The notes beneath the pieces are model-generated. The model had not been told where the DNA came from. It was given only the letters and a program-made list of their open reading frames with translations, and did not search any database. From Paramoeba atlantica (lineage: Eukaryota; Protista; Discosea), in NCBI GenBank assembly GCA_977017575.1, contig CDRNVI010000004.1, positions 372,001-436,000 on the forward strand: DNA of 64,000 bases, written 5' to 3'. The translations under genes and the position numbers were made by a program. How positions within the stretch are numbered: position 1 is the first letter of the stretch; every line of letters begins with the position of its first letter. Of this stretch, positions 47,019 to 59,491 are shown piece by piece.

Positions 47019-48439
47019 GGGGAGGGGGGGCACTCGATGAATATTCATCGAACGCACTGTCCGTTCGATGAATATTCATCGAACAGGACATCCTGTTCGA
47101 TGAATGGATTGCAGTACGACCCGTTCGATGAATCATTCATCGAACAGGATGTCCTGTTCGATGAATGAAAACGCAATTTTTTTTTGTAAAAAAATAGCTC
47201 GTTTCGGTCTGCATCATGCTCCTGGCTGCTACCTTGATCCGTAAGACAAAAACAAATCCGAAACGTTATCAAAAAGCGGAAGGATTCTTAAAACTATTGC
47301 CTCATAAGTTTACAAAGATAAAATCATAACTTACAAATACACAAACCTGCGGAAGTGGCAGACACAGGTCCTCAGTGCGCGACCCAAAAAATATTGGGTT
47401 GGGGGTACGTTCGTTGTACTCAACGAACTGCCGGATTTTCGTTGAGTACTCAACGAACGGAAATTTACGGTGCAAGTCAAGGACTTTTGCATATGTCAAG
47501 GACTTTTGTGGAACACCCAAGAATTTTTTTTTGATTTTCATTTTCCGTGCGTTCAGTATCCTACACTTCACTATATACGTTGACAACGCCTGCGTAGCGA
47601 AAACTACGAAATTCAGTGAGCTTCGCAAATTGCTTCCCACTAACGACGCACAGGGGAATCCTACGCGGGGTACGGCTCAGGCCCGCTCACGCGGGCCCTC
47701 GCCGTTTCGCGGCCGCGCGCACCCCCGCTCACGCGGGGGCCCCCGCGCGGCCAAAATGGGTACTAAAATTTGTTATCAAGGTAGTTGGGCTTCGCAAATT
47801 GCTTCCCACGAATCTAGAGAGAAGCACACGTACAATAATCTTTGACGATAAAGATACAGTTTCTGTACCTTGTTGATTATTTACTTTTTTTACCTTTCAT
47901 GGGAGTGTTCACACGCTCCAAAGCAAAAGAATCAGGAGTAGCTCCTGAGATTTTGCCGCTCCCTCGTGCCCGATGGAAAAAGAAGGCCGTGATGCCAACT
48001 CATCCGCCCGCCGTGCTAATATCCACCACCTCCGCATGGAGCGCGCGGGTCGCCAAAAAATATAATTATGTCCCAGGGCTACGCTCACAGTTGGGCCTTT
48101 CTCGAAAAGGAGGGCTTTGCCTCCAGAAGCGGGCTACGCTCACAGTTGGGCCTTGCTCGCAGACGGGGGCCTTGCTTGCACACTTGGGCTTCGCTGACAG
48201 TTGGGCCTTGCCTCCAGACATGTAAACGAGATGGTAATGTTCAAATTCCCCCCAAAAAAAATCGAGACGAAAAATTCGTGCAGCAGTGCCCGTTGGATGA
48301 ATGATTCATCGAACGCACTGCCCGTTCGATGAATATTCATCGAACGGGACGCCTGGTCATCGAACGGGACGCCGTTCAATGAATATTCATCGAACGCACG
48401 GTGCGTTCGATGAATTTTCATCGAATGCCCCCCCTGGCC
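47019..48439 (+). mobile_element. MITE with related TIRs and palindromic subterminal arrays, 8-bp TSD GGATATTC
   Basis: TSD at 47011-47018 and 48440-48447; GTTCGATGAATATTCATCGAAC palindromes near both ends. Confidence 0.88.
47837..47875 (+). other. 39-nt SL exon (one A>G) followed by a family B-like 5' ORF fragment
   Basis: AATCTTTGACGATAAAGATACAGTTTCTGTACCTTGTTG, then ATGGGAGTGTTCACACGC. Confidence 0.82.
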
Positions 48440-48447
48440 GGATATTC

Positions 48448-50714
48448 TTACCCCTGTTTCCTCCCCGTCTCTCCGCCAGCGCGAAAGACGGCCACGCGTG
48501 CGTGGCACTACTCCTCCTCCCCGCCCTCTCTCCCCGTTACGTCTAAGGCGCAGAAGCGTCTCCCTCCCAATCCGTCCTCTACCCCGGCTTCCCGTTCCCG
48601 TTTACACCGCCGCCAAGACCGCCGCCGCCAAAACCGCTGCCGTCGTAACCGCCGACGCCGCACAGCCTCCAGGAGGACGCCGCCAGGAGCTGCTGAGGGC
48701 GATTCTTCGAATGCCCCCCGAGGACCCGCGCGCCACTCAGTTGGGCGAGGCGCTCCAGCCCATGTGGGCAACGGCCACGTGGGCCACAAGGGAGCGACTG
48801 TGGTTCCGCCTGCGCGAGTATTGCCAGGCGAAGGGAATCACCGCGAATCCTGCAAACGCGGTGCTCTTCCTGGAGACTCTGCCTCTCGCTACCTCGACGC
48901 GCATGGGGTACGCAGGGGCATTGAGGACTCTGTTCGAGCTCATGGGAATCGAAGGTACCCCATTGAGTCTCTACGTAAAGGCCCTGCAAGCGCAGGGGGG
49001 GCTAGAACCCACGCGGCAGATGCTACCAATCACGCCACTTCTTCTAAAGAAGCTGAGACGTCAGCTCGACGTAAAGGAGAGCATGTGTTGCCTCCTGTGT
49101 TGGAAAGCCGCTGCGAGATGGACCGAGACCGCCGACCTGAGGCGGGAGCAGTTCGTGAGTGTGGCCAGTCACGAGGTAATCATTTGGGTAGGGGGGACCT
49201 TCGATGAAGCTTCATCGAAAGTGTACAACTTTCGATGAAGCACATTGAAAGTTGTACACTTTCGATGAATCTTCATCGAAGGTGTTTTTGACTTTTTTTT
49301 TATTTTTTCAAATCTTCACGCAAACGTTTTTCGCGGATCCATATAGACATTTTGACTTTTTTGGTGCTTCATCGAAGTGTTTTGTGAAGGCTCGTAGAGG
49401 AACTTCACCGTTTCTTCAGTTTATCTTCATCGAAGCGTTTTTGACTGATCCATATACATATTTTGAGCGACAATCCTGCGGAAGGGGTAAACACAGGATT
49501 TTCGTTGAGTACTCAACGAAGTGCCGGATTTTCGTTGAGTACTCAACGAACGGAAATTCACGGTGGAAATCAAGGACTTTTGCATAAGTCAAGGACTTTT
49601 GTGGAACATCCAAGAATTTTTTTTGATTTTCATTTTCCGTGCGTTCAGTATCCTACACTTCGCTATATACGTTGACAACGCCTGCGTAGCGAAAACTACG
49701 AAATTCAGTGAGCTTCGCAAATTGCTTCCCACTAACGACGCACAGGGGAACTCTACGCGGGGTACGGCTCAGGCCCGCTCACGCGGGCCCTCGCCGTTTC
49801 GCGGCCGCGCGCACCCCCGCTCACGCGGGGGCCCCCGCGCGGCCAAAATGGGTACTAAAATTTGTTATCAAGGTAGTTGGGCTTCGCCAATTGCTTCCCA
49901 CGAATGGGTACTAAAATTTGTTATCAAGGTAGTTGGTCAAGATTATCAAGATTATCAAGTAGTTATCAGTTGGGCCTTTGTTCCTCCTCCCTCTAAGGTC
50001 CTGCAGATTTTTTACGGTCACAGGGTACGTTCGTTGAGAAATCAACGAACGTACCCCCAAGCCAAAATGTGAAAGAAAACGGAAAGTCAGAATTCAGACA
50101 AAAAAACAAAAAATTATCGAATTTAAAATGAAATTATATGTTTCATGCAACGTGTTTTCAACAGCCAATGGAAAAATTCGTTCAAAAACAAAAAGTTAAA
50201 AAAGTCAAAAAAAGTCAAAAACACCTTCGATGAAGATTCATCGAAAGTGTACAACTTTCGATGTGCTTCATCGAAAGTGTACAACTTTCGATGAAGATTC
50301 ATCGAAGGTCCCCCCTAGCCAATCATTTATTGGGGCAGGGGGACCAAGACAACCCGTCTGAATCCTTACCGGCCGTACCTCTACGCGATAGTGACTGGAC
50401 CGGGGACACCCGAACTGGCTCAGTTTGTGGGAAGTTTGAGACCAGACCAGCGCCTGTGTTACACGACGGTCCGGGAGATGGACCACAGGATGAATCAACT
50501 TCTCGGTCCGGGGTATGGAACACATTCCATAAAAAGAGGTGCAATTACTTACCTATTCCACGAGATCTCCCTCGGGAATCTCAGGATGGAGGACGTCCAG
50601 AACCTCACGAAACACCTCAACGTCGAATCACTGTTGCGCTACAACGCAAGCAGTATTACAACGGCAAGGGCTCTAGGGACGCAGAGAGTCTCAGCACGTC
50701 TCCCAGTGCTGTAA
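48448..50714 (+). pseudogene. YR-3 tyrosine recombinase, split by the MITE at 49186-50320
   Basis: WKAAARW, rejoined VIIYWGRGTKT, HSIKRGA, HLTKH and LLRY. Confidence 0.9.
49186..50320 (+). mobile_element. MITE, 8-bp TSD AATCATTT
   Basis: TIRs GGGTAGGGGGGACCTTCGATGA / TCATCGAAGGTCCCCCCTAGCC; TSD at 49178-49185 and 50321-50328. Confidence 0.93.
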
Positions 50715-53090
50715 CCTCGGAGCACGTGGCAAAGTGCTTCGAGGAAGTGCCTTACCTTCGCAGGCACTCCGTTGTTTGTGCACGCCGCTCTTCACGGCTA
50801 GCCAAGGCACACGACGCACCCCTACCTTTGCACGTTAAGAAGTCGATACCTGTTATCCATTTGGATCAGGTTAAGGAGTGGATGAGTATGTCAGCTGCCA
50901 CTCGTTTTCGCAAGGTAGTGGATGAATTATTATGGCTACCTAAAGCCCCGTACCCCGAACCTAGTGTGAAAGGTTCATTGCCTGAGGCGGACGTCCGATT
51001 GTTGGAGGACGCAGGCATAATCTCTAAGGTCCCGGCGCAGGAGTTGAGAAAGCGCCCATCGATGCAGTTCATGATTCCCTTCACGGTTGTGGAGACCGAT
51101 GATCAGGGCAATCAGCGCAGAAGGTTTATTTCGTGGACACGGGACGATAATGATAGACTTAAAGGATATGAACCACAGGTCCCTTTATATCATCCCTCCA
51201 AGTACCTTCATAAGGCGCACGAGCCGATGGCTGTGAAGCGGGACTTCACATGCGGGTTTTACCAGATTGGTATCCCGAAGAGGGCGCGGCCCAAATTCCG
51301 CCTTAGAACGAACAGTGGAGACGTGTTTGAGATGAACGTCCTCCCGATGGGCCATAGGTGTGCACCGGAGGTTATGCACACGGTTACCGCCGCGATTGCT
51401 GGCGAGGCGTCGATTTGTTCTCAGCGCTACTCGTTTCACCGAGGCGCTATCGACGTTTATGTTGACGGAGTTCGGTTTGCAGGAACCCACTCCGAGGCCA
51501 CCACGTACGCTCAGTTCATTGACGAGCGTTGCGACAAGGCGAACTTTGAAATGCAGATTGATGTTTTTTTGGTTCCGTCATAGTCAGATGACGAAGTAAA
51601 AAACAATGTATTTTGCTCGTTCTAATACTTCCCGGAGATCACATAACCGTATATATGCATTTGGGGATTTAATCCTTTTGTTTATACCTATTCATTTCAA
51701 AAGTGGTCTTAAGCATAATTTTATCTTCGCAGAAATTTATCGCAGCATAATTTTATCTTTTCAGAATTTTTATCGCAGTAGAATTTCATCGCAACGAAAT
51801 TTATCTCAGCAAAACTAGAAAAAGTTAGCATAAATAATGATCGCAGGCACCGCAGACCTGAATATCAAGAACACCATATGCAGTGTTGTATTTTGATTTT
51901 TGAGGTGACATGCATCACGCAAGAGACGTGCACTCCTCAGCAGGAAGAAGGAAACTTCCTGTCTCTTCAGTTTGCCGGAGCGTAAATGGGTTATCCGTGC
52001 TCATCAACAAACCTCCGAGACAAGAAGTCTCACTTTCCTCTGCTTCAGAGTACACAATCTCATCACTTACCCATTGAAAGCATTCCGCAACACTCTCCAT
52101 CTTTCCAGTTTGCCGGAGCGTAAGTGGGTTTTCCGTGCTCATCAACAAACCTTCAAAATGAAGAGTGTCTCGTCCTGCTTTCAACGAGCACATGATCTTT
52201 TTGCATGCGCATGCCACACTCAGTGCCTTTTTCACCTTTCCAGTGTCGTTTGCTTCGGAGCGCGGGCGAAAGCGAGGGTCCTCCGACGATGTGACATTTG
52301 AAAGGATCATAAAAGGAATAAAAATCAACAAGGTACAGGCGAACGGTCTTTTCAAAGATCGGGGTCAGCCCCCTGTAGCACAGTACGTGTTCAATGGGGT
52401 GGCGTTCGACCATAACGCGCATACGGTCTGCCTGGGACCGCGAGTGATCAGGAAACTGCGAGCCGACTCTTTCTTCAACATTTCCTTTGTTGACCTAGAG
52501 GCGGTGGTGGGGCGCCTCATTTATGGCTCCGCAGTTCTCCGGCTCAATATGCCGCGGTTTTATTTCGCTTTGAAGGTGGCGCAACGGCGTATCAACTTGT
52601 TGAACCGTTGCCCGAAGTTATGTGACCGTCCGGTCGCACTCCCTGTCGTCACTCGCTCCATGCTAGCAGAGTGGAGAAACGAGTTGTTGGAGAATGTTCC
52701 ACGGTCTCCACCTCCCCACCCCGATGTTGTTCCACACAAGCATCGTCTCTACACCGATGCCTCGGTGAAAGGGTGGGGAGCGATTATGTATTTAGACAGC
52801 GGAGAGGTTTTGATTACGGGAGAGGCGTGGCCTGAGTCATCCTCGTATGAGGTGAACCGTGCGGAAGCTGCAGCAGTCCGCTTAGCCCTCGAGAAGTTTT
52901 CCGCGCATTGCCCCCGTGGAACCTGCTTGGATGTTTTTGTTGACAACACCTCCTGTCAGGCTGCACTGAACAGGAGGATCTCCAAGTCAGAGGGGGTTTC
53001 AATGGAATTGCGCGAAGTCCTGCGACTGACAGAGGACAAAGGTATTTGTGTCAAGGCAGCGTACATATCCACGGCGGATGCTGTCATACC
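50715..53090 (+). pseudogene. YR-3 RT/RNase H, split by the insert at 51545-52336 and frameshifted near its C-terminus
   Basis: KRDFTCGFYQ, LPMGH, YVDG; rejoined DKANGLFKD; YTDASVKGWG and VDNTS. Confidence 0.88.
51545..52338 (-). mobile_element. SL-headed retrocopy, 8-bp TSD AGGCGAAC, with partial SL at 52326-52338 and a 131-aa ORF at 52310-51915 of unknown function
   Basis: CTGTACCTTGTTG on the minus strand at the insert end; TSD at 51537-51544 and 52337-52344. Confidence 0.75.
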
Positions 53091-54026
53091 CGGCGGATGC
53101 TGTCAGTCGCGGGAAGGAGATTGAGAGAGAGAAGGTTGAGAAATATAAAGGCAACATCGACAAATACAGCGATAATCAGCATCATCATATTGGTAAGCTA
53201 GACAGTCATATTGAAGGAAAACCCTAGGGGACAGGATCACCAAATACAAAAAAAAAAAAAAAAAAAAACAAGACAAGAAAAAAAACAAAGACAAGACTAT
53301 TTTGAGCCTAACTTTAAAAAAAAGAAAAAAAACAAAGACAAGAAAAAAAGAAAAAAAAAAAAAAAAAAAAGAGAGCGGACGGGGTCCTGGGGTTTGGAGG
53401 TTGTCCCTATAATTTTGGAAGGTTATGGATGTTAATCGGTTGACAAACTTTATCCTCACGCCTTGGTTTTCGAAAAAAACAAGGTTCCCCAATGTGAGAT
53501 AAAGGTGAGTAAAGTTTTCTTTACTCTGCGATTAGCGCCTTAATGTTTTTAACCGCGTCATTGTTGACACGGCCGTACACCACGCCTAGTTGCTCCACAC
53601 TTCTAGGTCCCAAGTTGGTATATGGGCAGAGGTTGAAAGCGTAACCTGTGTAGCTCGTGTGAGCTTGTAAAGGGCGTGGTAATGGACTGGTCATCTATTG
53701 CTATCGTTATCCTTTTGTGAGCTCTGCATATTTTGATATTTTCTATCTATTAATATTTGACTACGTGATTGGGCATTTTGCGTTTATTGTGACGTGTGTG
53801 TGGGAAGGTTGGCCGAGGGTTCCGGTGGGGGGGAACCCCGTTAACAGAGTGACATTGATTGTGTTGTTTTATGCAGGCTTGTTTCTTTTCCATCTTTGTG
53901 CGTCTGAAATGAATGAATGATATGTTGTGTCATTTTGAATTACGATTGAGCTATTCATAGTTGTTCATTTATTCATATATGTTATCAGTGTATATGTTTC
54001 CAGGGAGCCCCTCGGCGTGGATTTCT

Positions 54027-55208
54027 CGATAACAACGTCGAAAAAGTGCTGCACCAGTGGTTGGGAGAAATGACCAAAGAGCAAATCGAATTGGCTCGGC
54101 TGCCGCTAAAGAAAGGAGGCCTCGGTCTGACATCATGTCATAGTATTCGTGCGGCGTCATACGAAACTTCTCGTTACCTAGCTCTAGAGCGCAAAAACTC
54201 AATTTCTGCTCGGGCGGGCAATGCGAGTAACGTATCCGCTATCATGGATAATGGAATGAGTCAAACAGCAGTGGTCGCCCCAATCGATGAAGTAACAACA
54301 GCCGCGCAATTGCACCAGAAAGCATACGAGGCTTTAAAGGATCACGATCCCAAGCTAGCCACAATATTAAATGCCACCACACGGAAAGGAAGCTATGACT
54401 GGTTACAGTCTAATGCTAAATTTGTACCCACGCGTGCATTTCAGATTGCAATCATGACACGCCTTGGGATGCCTCATCCTCGACTCCCGAAATCGCTGCT
54501 GTGCCCCGGCTGTCGTATGTTACTCGACAACAAAACAGCTTTGCAGCACATCCCCGGATGCGTCCAATGTACAGGGCTTAATGCCACAGTGAAGCACAAA
54601 ATTCACCGTTAAAGATTTCCTATTTTTTTTAACGCACCTCGCTAACGGCATTCAAGCACAATCGGCTGGTTAAGTATATCTTCGATTTGGCGCAAAAGGC
54701 CGGTATACAATGTGAGAAAGAACCGCGATCTTTTTCGACTTGGCAATGCGGAATTTGCAAGAATAAAGTGTTTCCAAGCAAGAAAATGATTCATGACAAA
54801 ACATGTGCCGGACGTCAGCTGTTTCGCTCAGGGCCTGATTTGGTGATATATTGGTCAACCGGGGAAATATTTTATGATCTAACTGTGGTGCACGAGCTAT
54901 CGAACTCCAATCAAGCGAAATCTTGTTCCCAGCTTCTTACAGATGCAATCAAGCGGAAACGGGATACATATGTGACATCCGGAAAAATTCCCGACTTCGC
55001 ATTTCAGTGCATCCCAGTGCTGTCCTGCGGCTCTCTTCATCAAAATACGAGATCTCTGTTGCATGTCCTATCCGACGCGGCACTCTTAAATCGTCGAGCA
55101 ACTGAAATGGAGTTCAAGCTCCTACTTCAGGAACTGAATGGGACGGAAGTGTACGCCCAGTTGCGGAACCACTTATCCCCGCAAGGCAGCAGCAGGTACA
55201 GCATTTGA
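54027..55208 (+). pseudogene. Right part of the family E CRE element; 54-bp insert at 54600-54653 with 8-bp TSD AAGCACAA
   Basis: RLPLKKGGLG, CPGC..HIPGC, GPDLVIYW and FYDLTVVH. Confidence 0.87.
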
Positions 55209-55975
55209 GCCAAATGTATCAACATAGTTTCGTTTCTCAATGCCTATATGTATTATTATATACATAATGAGAACTTGTGAAAGTAATCTGCGTATTCAAT
55301 TTAGTTCAATACACATGAATATTTCAGCACGTAAACCATAATATTTTATTATATACCAAGGAAAGTGTTTATATCCACGTTTAAAAAGTTTTTCCCACCC
55401 ACCCGCCCGGAGGCTATTGAAGTAGTTTCCCATTCGTTAGTACTGTGAGAAAATGAATTATAGTAGCGCTACTAAGTGACATATGTTGTTTTACTTTATA
55501 CTTTATATATTGATGTACAAACATATTCGATGGATTGAGAGTGCATATTCGATGGATTGAGAGTGCTTACCAGTTCTCTCCGGAGGCTTGCTCCACGTGA
55601 ATACCCGTAATCTGCTACACAATCTCGCGGACAGGTGCCAGATAGACCGCGAATTCATATGCCAGGATTTTTGTTTATACATGCAAGAGCTGACAGGATC
55701 GACTTTATCAAGCCACCTAAAAAAATATGGAATTACCACAGCAGCAGATGCGACTTTAGGGATATGATTTTGGGAAATGAATCTAGAATAAAGGAAACAA
55801 AAAAAAACTACAGATTAGCTGGAGTAGAAGTATACGTTTAGAAATTTAGGATGATTGACATAATGGCCCTTCGTGGCACATAAAAAAAAAACTCTTACAA
55901 GTTATGGAGCGACCAGTCTATCTTTCAGCTCCCGTCTGTGGCTTTGAATCAAGTGAGCGCACGCCGATGCATTTC

Positions 55976-56080
55976 ACCCACCGAGCCCCCAGCCATTTGG
56001 CCGAGGGTTCCGGTGGGGGGGAACCCCGTTAACAGAGTGACATTGATTGTGTTGTTTTATGCAGGCTTGAAAAAAAAAAA
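55976..56080 (+). mobile_element. Spacer plus partial B repeat of YR-3 with an A tract
   Basis: Matches about 27604-27700. Confidence 0.8.
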
Positions 56081-56217
56081 TGGATTTGACGAAGGGTAGG
56101 ATTACATTAATGTATTTTACACTTGATTTGAGTTTTTCAATCTTCACGAATACAATTTTATACGAATGCGCTGATTATATCTATAGCGAATTCCCACTCA
56201 AAAATATATAAAAAGAT

Positions 56218-57501
56218 TTCAAAGCTAAGATTTGGATCTCCATCATCAGCGCCACTAAATTTCATGAAGTACGATCGAATTTCGTTAAGTTTATCATTTC
56301 GTGAGCTTCCGTTCGTGCTAAAGGTATCACGATATTGCCCGCATATCTTTCGAATCGTTCTCCATGGGTTTGAATGGTTTTTACGAAGCTGTTTTTCAAT
56401 CTCCAAGCATTCGTCAGAAATAATCTCTTCAACTTCCGCTTTATTCTCCATTACGAGAGCGTTGAACACCTTTTTGTTTCTGCTCTTGTGATATAAACCG
56501 CGCAAATCATGTATTTTTGAGTCCTTTACAGCTTCTTTGTTCAAATTTCGTTTCGTCGGTTTTTTGAAACTTTTTACAGCATTTTTCATATATTGTGCGA
56601 GAGCGCCCCATGATCGACAAGAGTTCGAGGTTGCTCGATATTGGTCGTGAACTTTATTGATGAAATTCTTCCTATCCTCACTATTTCGAAGAGAAATCCA
56701 CGAGAGCTGATTCGTATTCGTTTTGGGATCACTGACTCGCCATTTAATTTTAATTCTGGCTATAACACAACAGTGAGTAGTAGGAATGGGTGCCTTGATC
56801 ACTTTGTGTCGTTGAATTGCCGATGCAAATCTGCTACAAATAAATATGTGATCTAACTGCCTTAAAGTTTTGTTTGGTAATTCGCATGTCCATTTCCGAC
56901 TACTTGGACAAAGACTGTGCGCAGACTTACAGTCTATAGAACAAGAAAGTCCTTTAAGACGGGCGGCCGCAATGGGATCTAGATCCTTATTTGTTATATG
57001 TGTCAAAGGTGCGTTAAAGTCGCCCAGCACAATTAATGGGCGACGCGGGTTGCTTTCCCTTATTCTCAAGCACCAACGTTCGAGTTCTCCGTAGAACTCC
57101 GTAACCTCGACGTCCTTAGAATCGCGTGTAGGAGAATATACGTTAATAACTGTTGCGACTCCTTCCTCCATCTCAAATTCACCCGACATAATCCTTTCAC
57201 TGATTTTAGATACCTTAGACAAGGGAAAAGTGCTGACGAATCCCATTCCATTGTATGCATCCTTTGCGCGCGCTGGAATGAGTTTCAAGTGAAACTCTGC
57301 GTTCCGATATTGTACTTTGCGGTGAAGGACATCCGACTTTTCAGAAGATGGGAATCTGAATCGCGTTTCCTGCAGGCCCAGAATATTTATTCCCTTCAGA
57401 CCAATGAAGTCCCAGCATGCACGCATTCTCGCGTAAAGCGCGAACGAGAGCTCTGCAGATGTCCTCGGCCGATTCCGAAGCGCTGAAATCGCCATCACCA
57501 C
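56218..57501 (-). pseudogene. Apurinic-type endonuclease domain, piece 1 of the split APE-RT-RNH element
   Basis: ILGLQETR, INVYSPT, IVLGDFNA, QLDHIF and THCCVIA. Confidence 0.9.
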
Positions 57502-57694
57502 CCCGTCTACCGCTCATTCCTTCCCCAGGGCCAGCGCGAGATCAGCGAGAACCGTCAGATCAAAGCCATCCGGAATCCTCGACAATTGCAGGCGGACATG
57601 AACAAGCGCCAGAATCTCGGTTGATTAAAATCAAAAAGAAATGGCAAGACTTCGTAGGGACATACCGAAACCAAACGCCACAGCATGAACCAAT

Positions 57695-58345
57695 GATCTA
57701 TGTCTGCGAGCCGGGATCCCATGCGAGCGTGAACCGCGACAATTCACATCATACCGATGCCTTAAATGTACCGAAGCGGTGAGCGAACAGCGAAAACAGG
57801 AGCATCAGAAAACATGTGGAACCACATCCTTCCATCGAAGCGGCCCGGACCTCGTGATCTTTTGGGTGTCGGGTGAAATATTTTATGATTTCACGGTAAC
57901 AAATGAACTATCGAAATCAAACATCCACAAACGGGGAGCCCAACTGATGCAGGAAGCAGAAAAAAGGAAGCTGGACACTTATGTAAACTCCGATCTAATT
58001 CCTCGGGAAAAATTTGTATGCCTATCAGTGCTTGCCGGAGGAGCCATGAACAAAAGCAGTGTCGCCCTTCTGAAGGCATTAGCTGATGCAAACGGACGTG
58101 ATCGTGAAACCGTAGTGCGAGATTTTGGAATGCATCTACAAGAATTAAACGGTGTCATTCTGAACGCTCAAATGGGCAAAGCGTTGTCGCAAGTTTAAAA
58201 TTTAATATTTAGTTATTCAATAGCCAGCTTACAAAGACGCGTAAGCTTAGTTAGTTACTATCCCCCTGACAAGGGGGGTAGCGCCAATACGAAACGGAAG
58301 AAAACAGAATATGATTTGTAAAAAAAAAAAATAAAAAAAAAAAAA
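57695..58345 (+). pseudogene. Duplicate of the family D 3' end (46105-46752) with polyA
   Basis: Identical by eye, including the 3' UTR. Confidence 0.9.
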
Positions 58346-59491
58346 ATTTCCAAGTATCCGCATATATGCTTTTGTGGATGACATAAGCTTTGCTTCGCAG
58401 GACGCCGACCTTCTGACTTCTGCGTTCCTCCGCATACGTGAACCAATCGAAAACACAGGCACAGGATACCAAGGCAACATCGATACCACGGCCCACGCGC
58501 CACTAAATCGCGAAGTCCAAGAATCTAGGGCTCATAATCTCAGTCCACATGACGAGGGCGCAACAAGTCGAGAGCAGACTGACGATTCCAACAATGACAA
58601 TCGAGACCCCCTTTTCCACGATTGCGAATCGCCAGTGCAACAACGAAACAATGATGAGGGTCCACCATTGCCAGCTCCTCTATCACCACCTGAACCGATC
58701 GATCACGAAGGATACAAAAATTTAACCAATGGAATAGATAACGACCTACAATCAGCGTGCACAATAGATCCGCGATACAATTTTCCATTGACAGCCGAAG
58801 GAATATCCAATGCTATAAACAAGGCAAAAGCGGGCGATATATGCGATCTGACCTGGGGTTTCGATTGCCAAGACACGCTTAGTGTATCAAGGGGAACTGT
58901 ATCATCAGCAAATCACAGGAGTGGACGAACAAAGTTGTCGATGGAATACTCAGGAGTTCAAGGCCACAAAGTAAATAACACGTTCAAGGGTTTTCTTCCA
59001 CCGCAAACGAATGTTCGAGTTTACAAAATACAATGGGTTAAAAGACAGATTCCGATGGTCCACAGTGAACGCAGCAAAACGAACGTCAGCCAAACAGTTA
59101 CAAAATACACGGAAGAAGATTTAGATCTAACCCCCATGCCCAAACTCCGAGCAATCCACGCCGACTTTGCACCATGCGTCATCGCCATATACAGGGACAT
59201 CATAAGAGACTACGCAATCAGCTCGTATGATCTTAGGAACGATATCTGGAACAGAGTCCTATCGGCGATGAAACATTCGTTGACGGTCGTACGAACAGCA
59301 TCGCGTCGACAGAAGCGGAGGCGTCCGTTCCGGGACGACGAAAATGATATGGACACGGATGAGAAGAGCAAAGCTGAAATGCGCACGATTAAGAAAGCAA
59401 CCCGCCTAGCGTTAGAAGGATGCGTAACCAAGGCAACAAAAGTTCTGGATCAAGAAGTGCGACCACATGAACTCACGGATGACGAAATATT
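58346..59491 (+). pseudogene. Chimeric CRE fragments: short RT piece (AFVDD) joined to the N-terminal region of family F
   Basis: CDLTWGF..SRGTV..EYSGVQGH..GFLPP..VRVY matches family B; ends at the YR-2 junction. Confidence 0.78.

Larger units (their letters stand above)
39251..54026 (+). mobile_element. YR-3 element (A repeat 39251-39426, single B repeat 53809-54026), disrupted by four insertions
   Basis: gag, YR and RT/RH pieces rejoin in frame after removing the TSD-flanked inserts; no TSD at its own ends. Confidence 0.88.

Noticed and set aside
47030-47170. CRISPR-like palindromic repeats with spacers (also about 48296-48425)
   Set aside because: The spacers are only about 9-10 nt and are self-related, there are no cas genes, and the arrays are subterminal repeats of a TSD-flanked MITE.
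30457-47875. Intact SL RNA genes
   Set aside because: No SL exon in the window is followed by a GT donor and intron.
55400-55860. Possible degenerate coding fragment on the minus strand
   Set aside because: There are multiple stops and no motif I can assign, so it is left unannotated.
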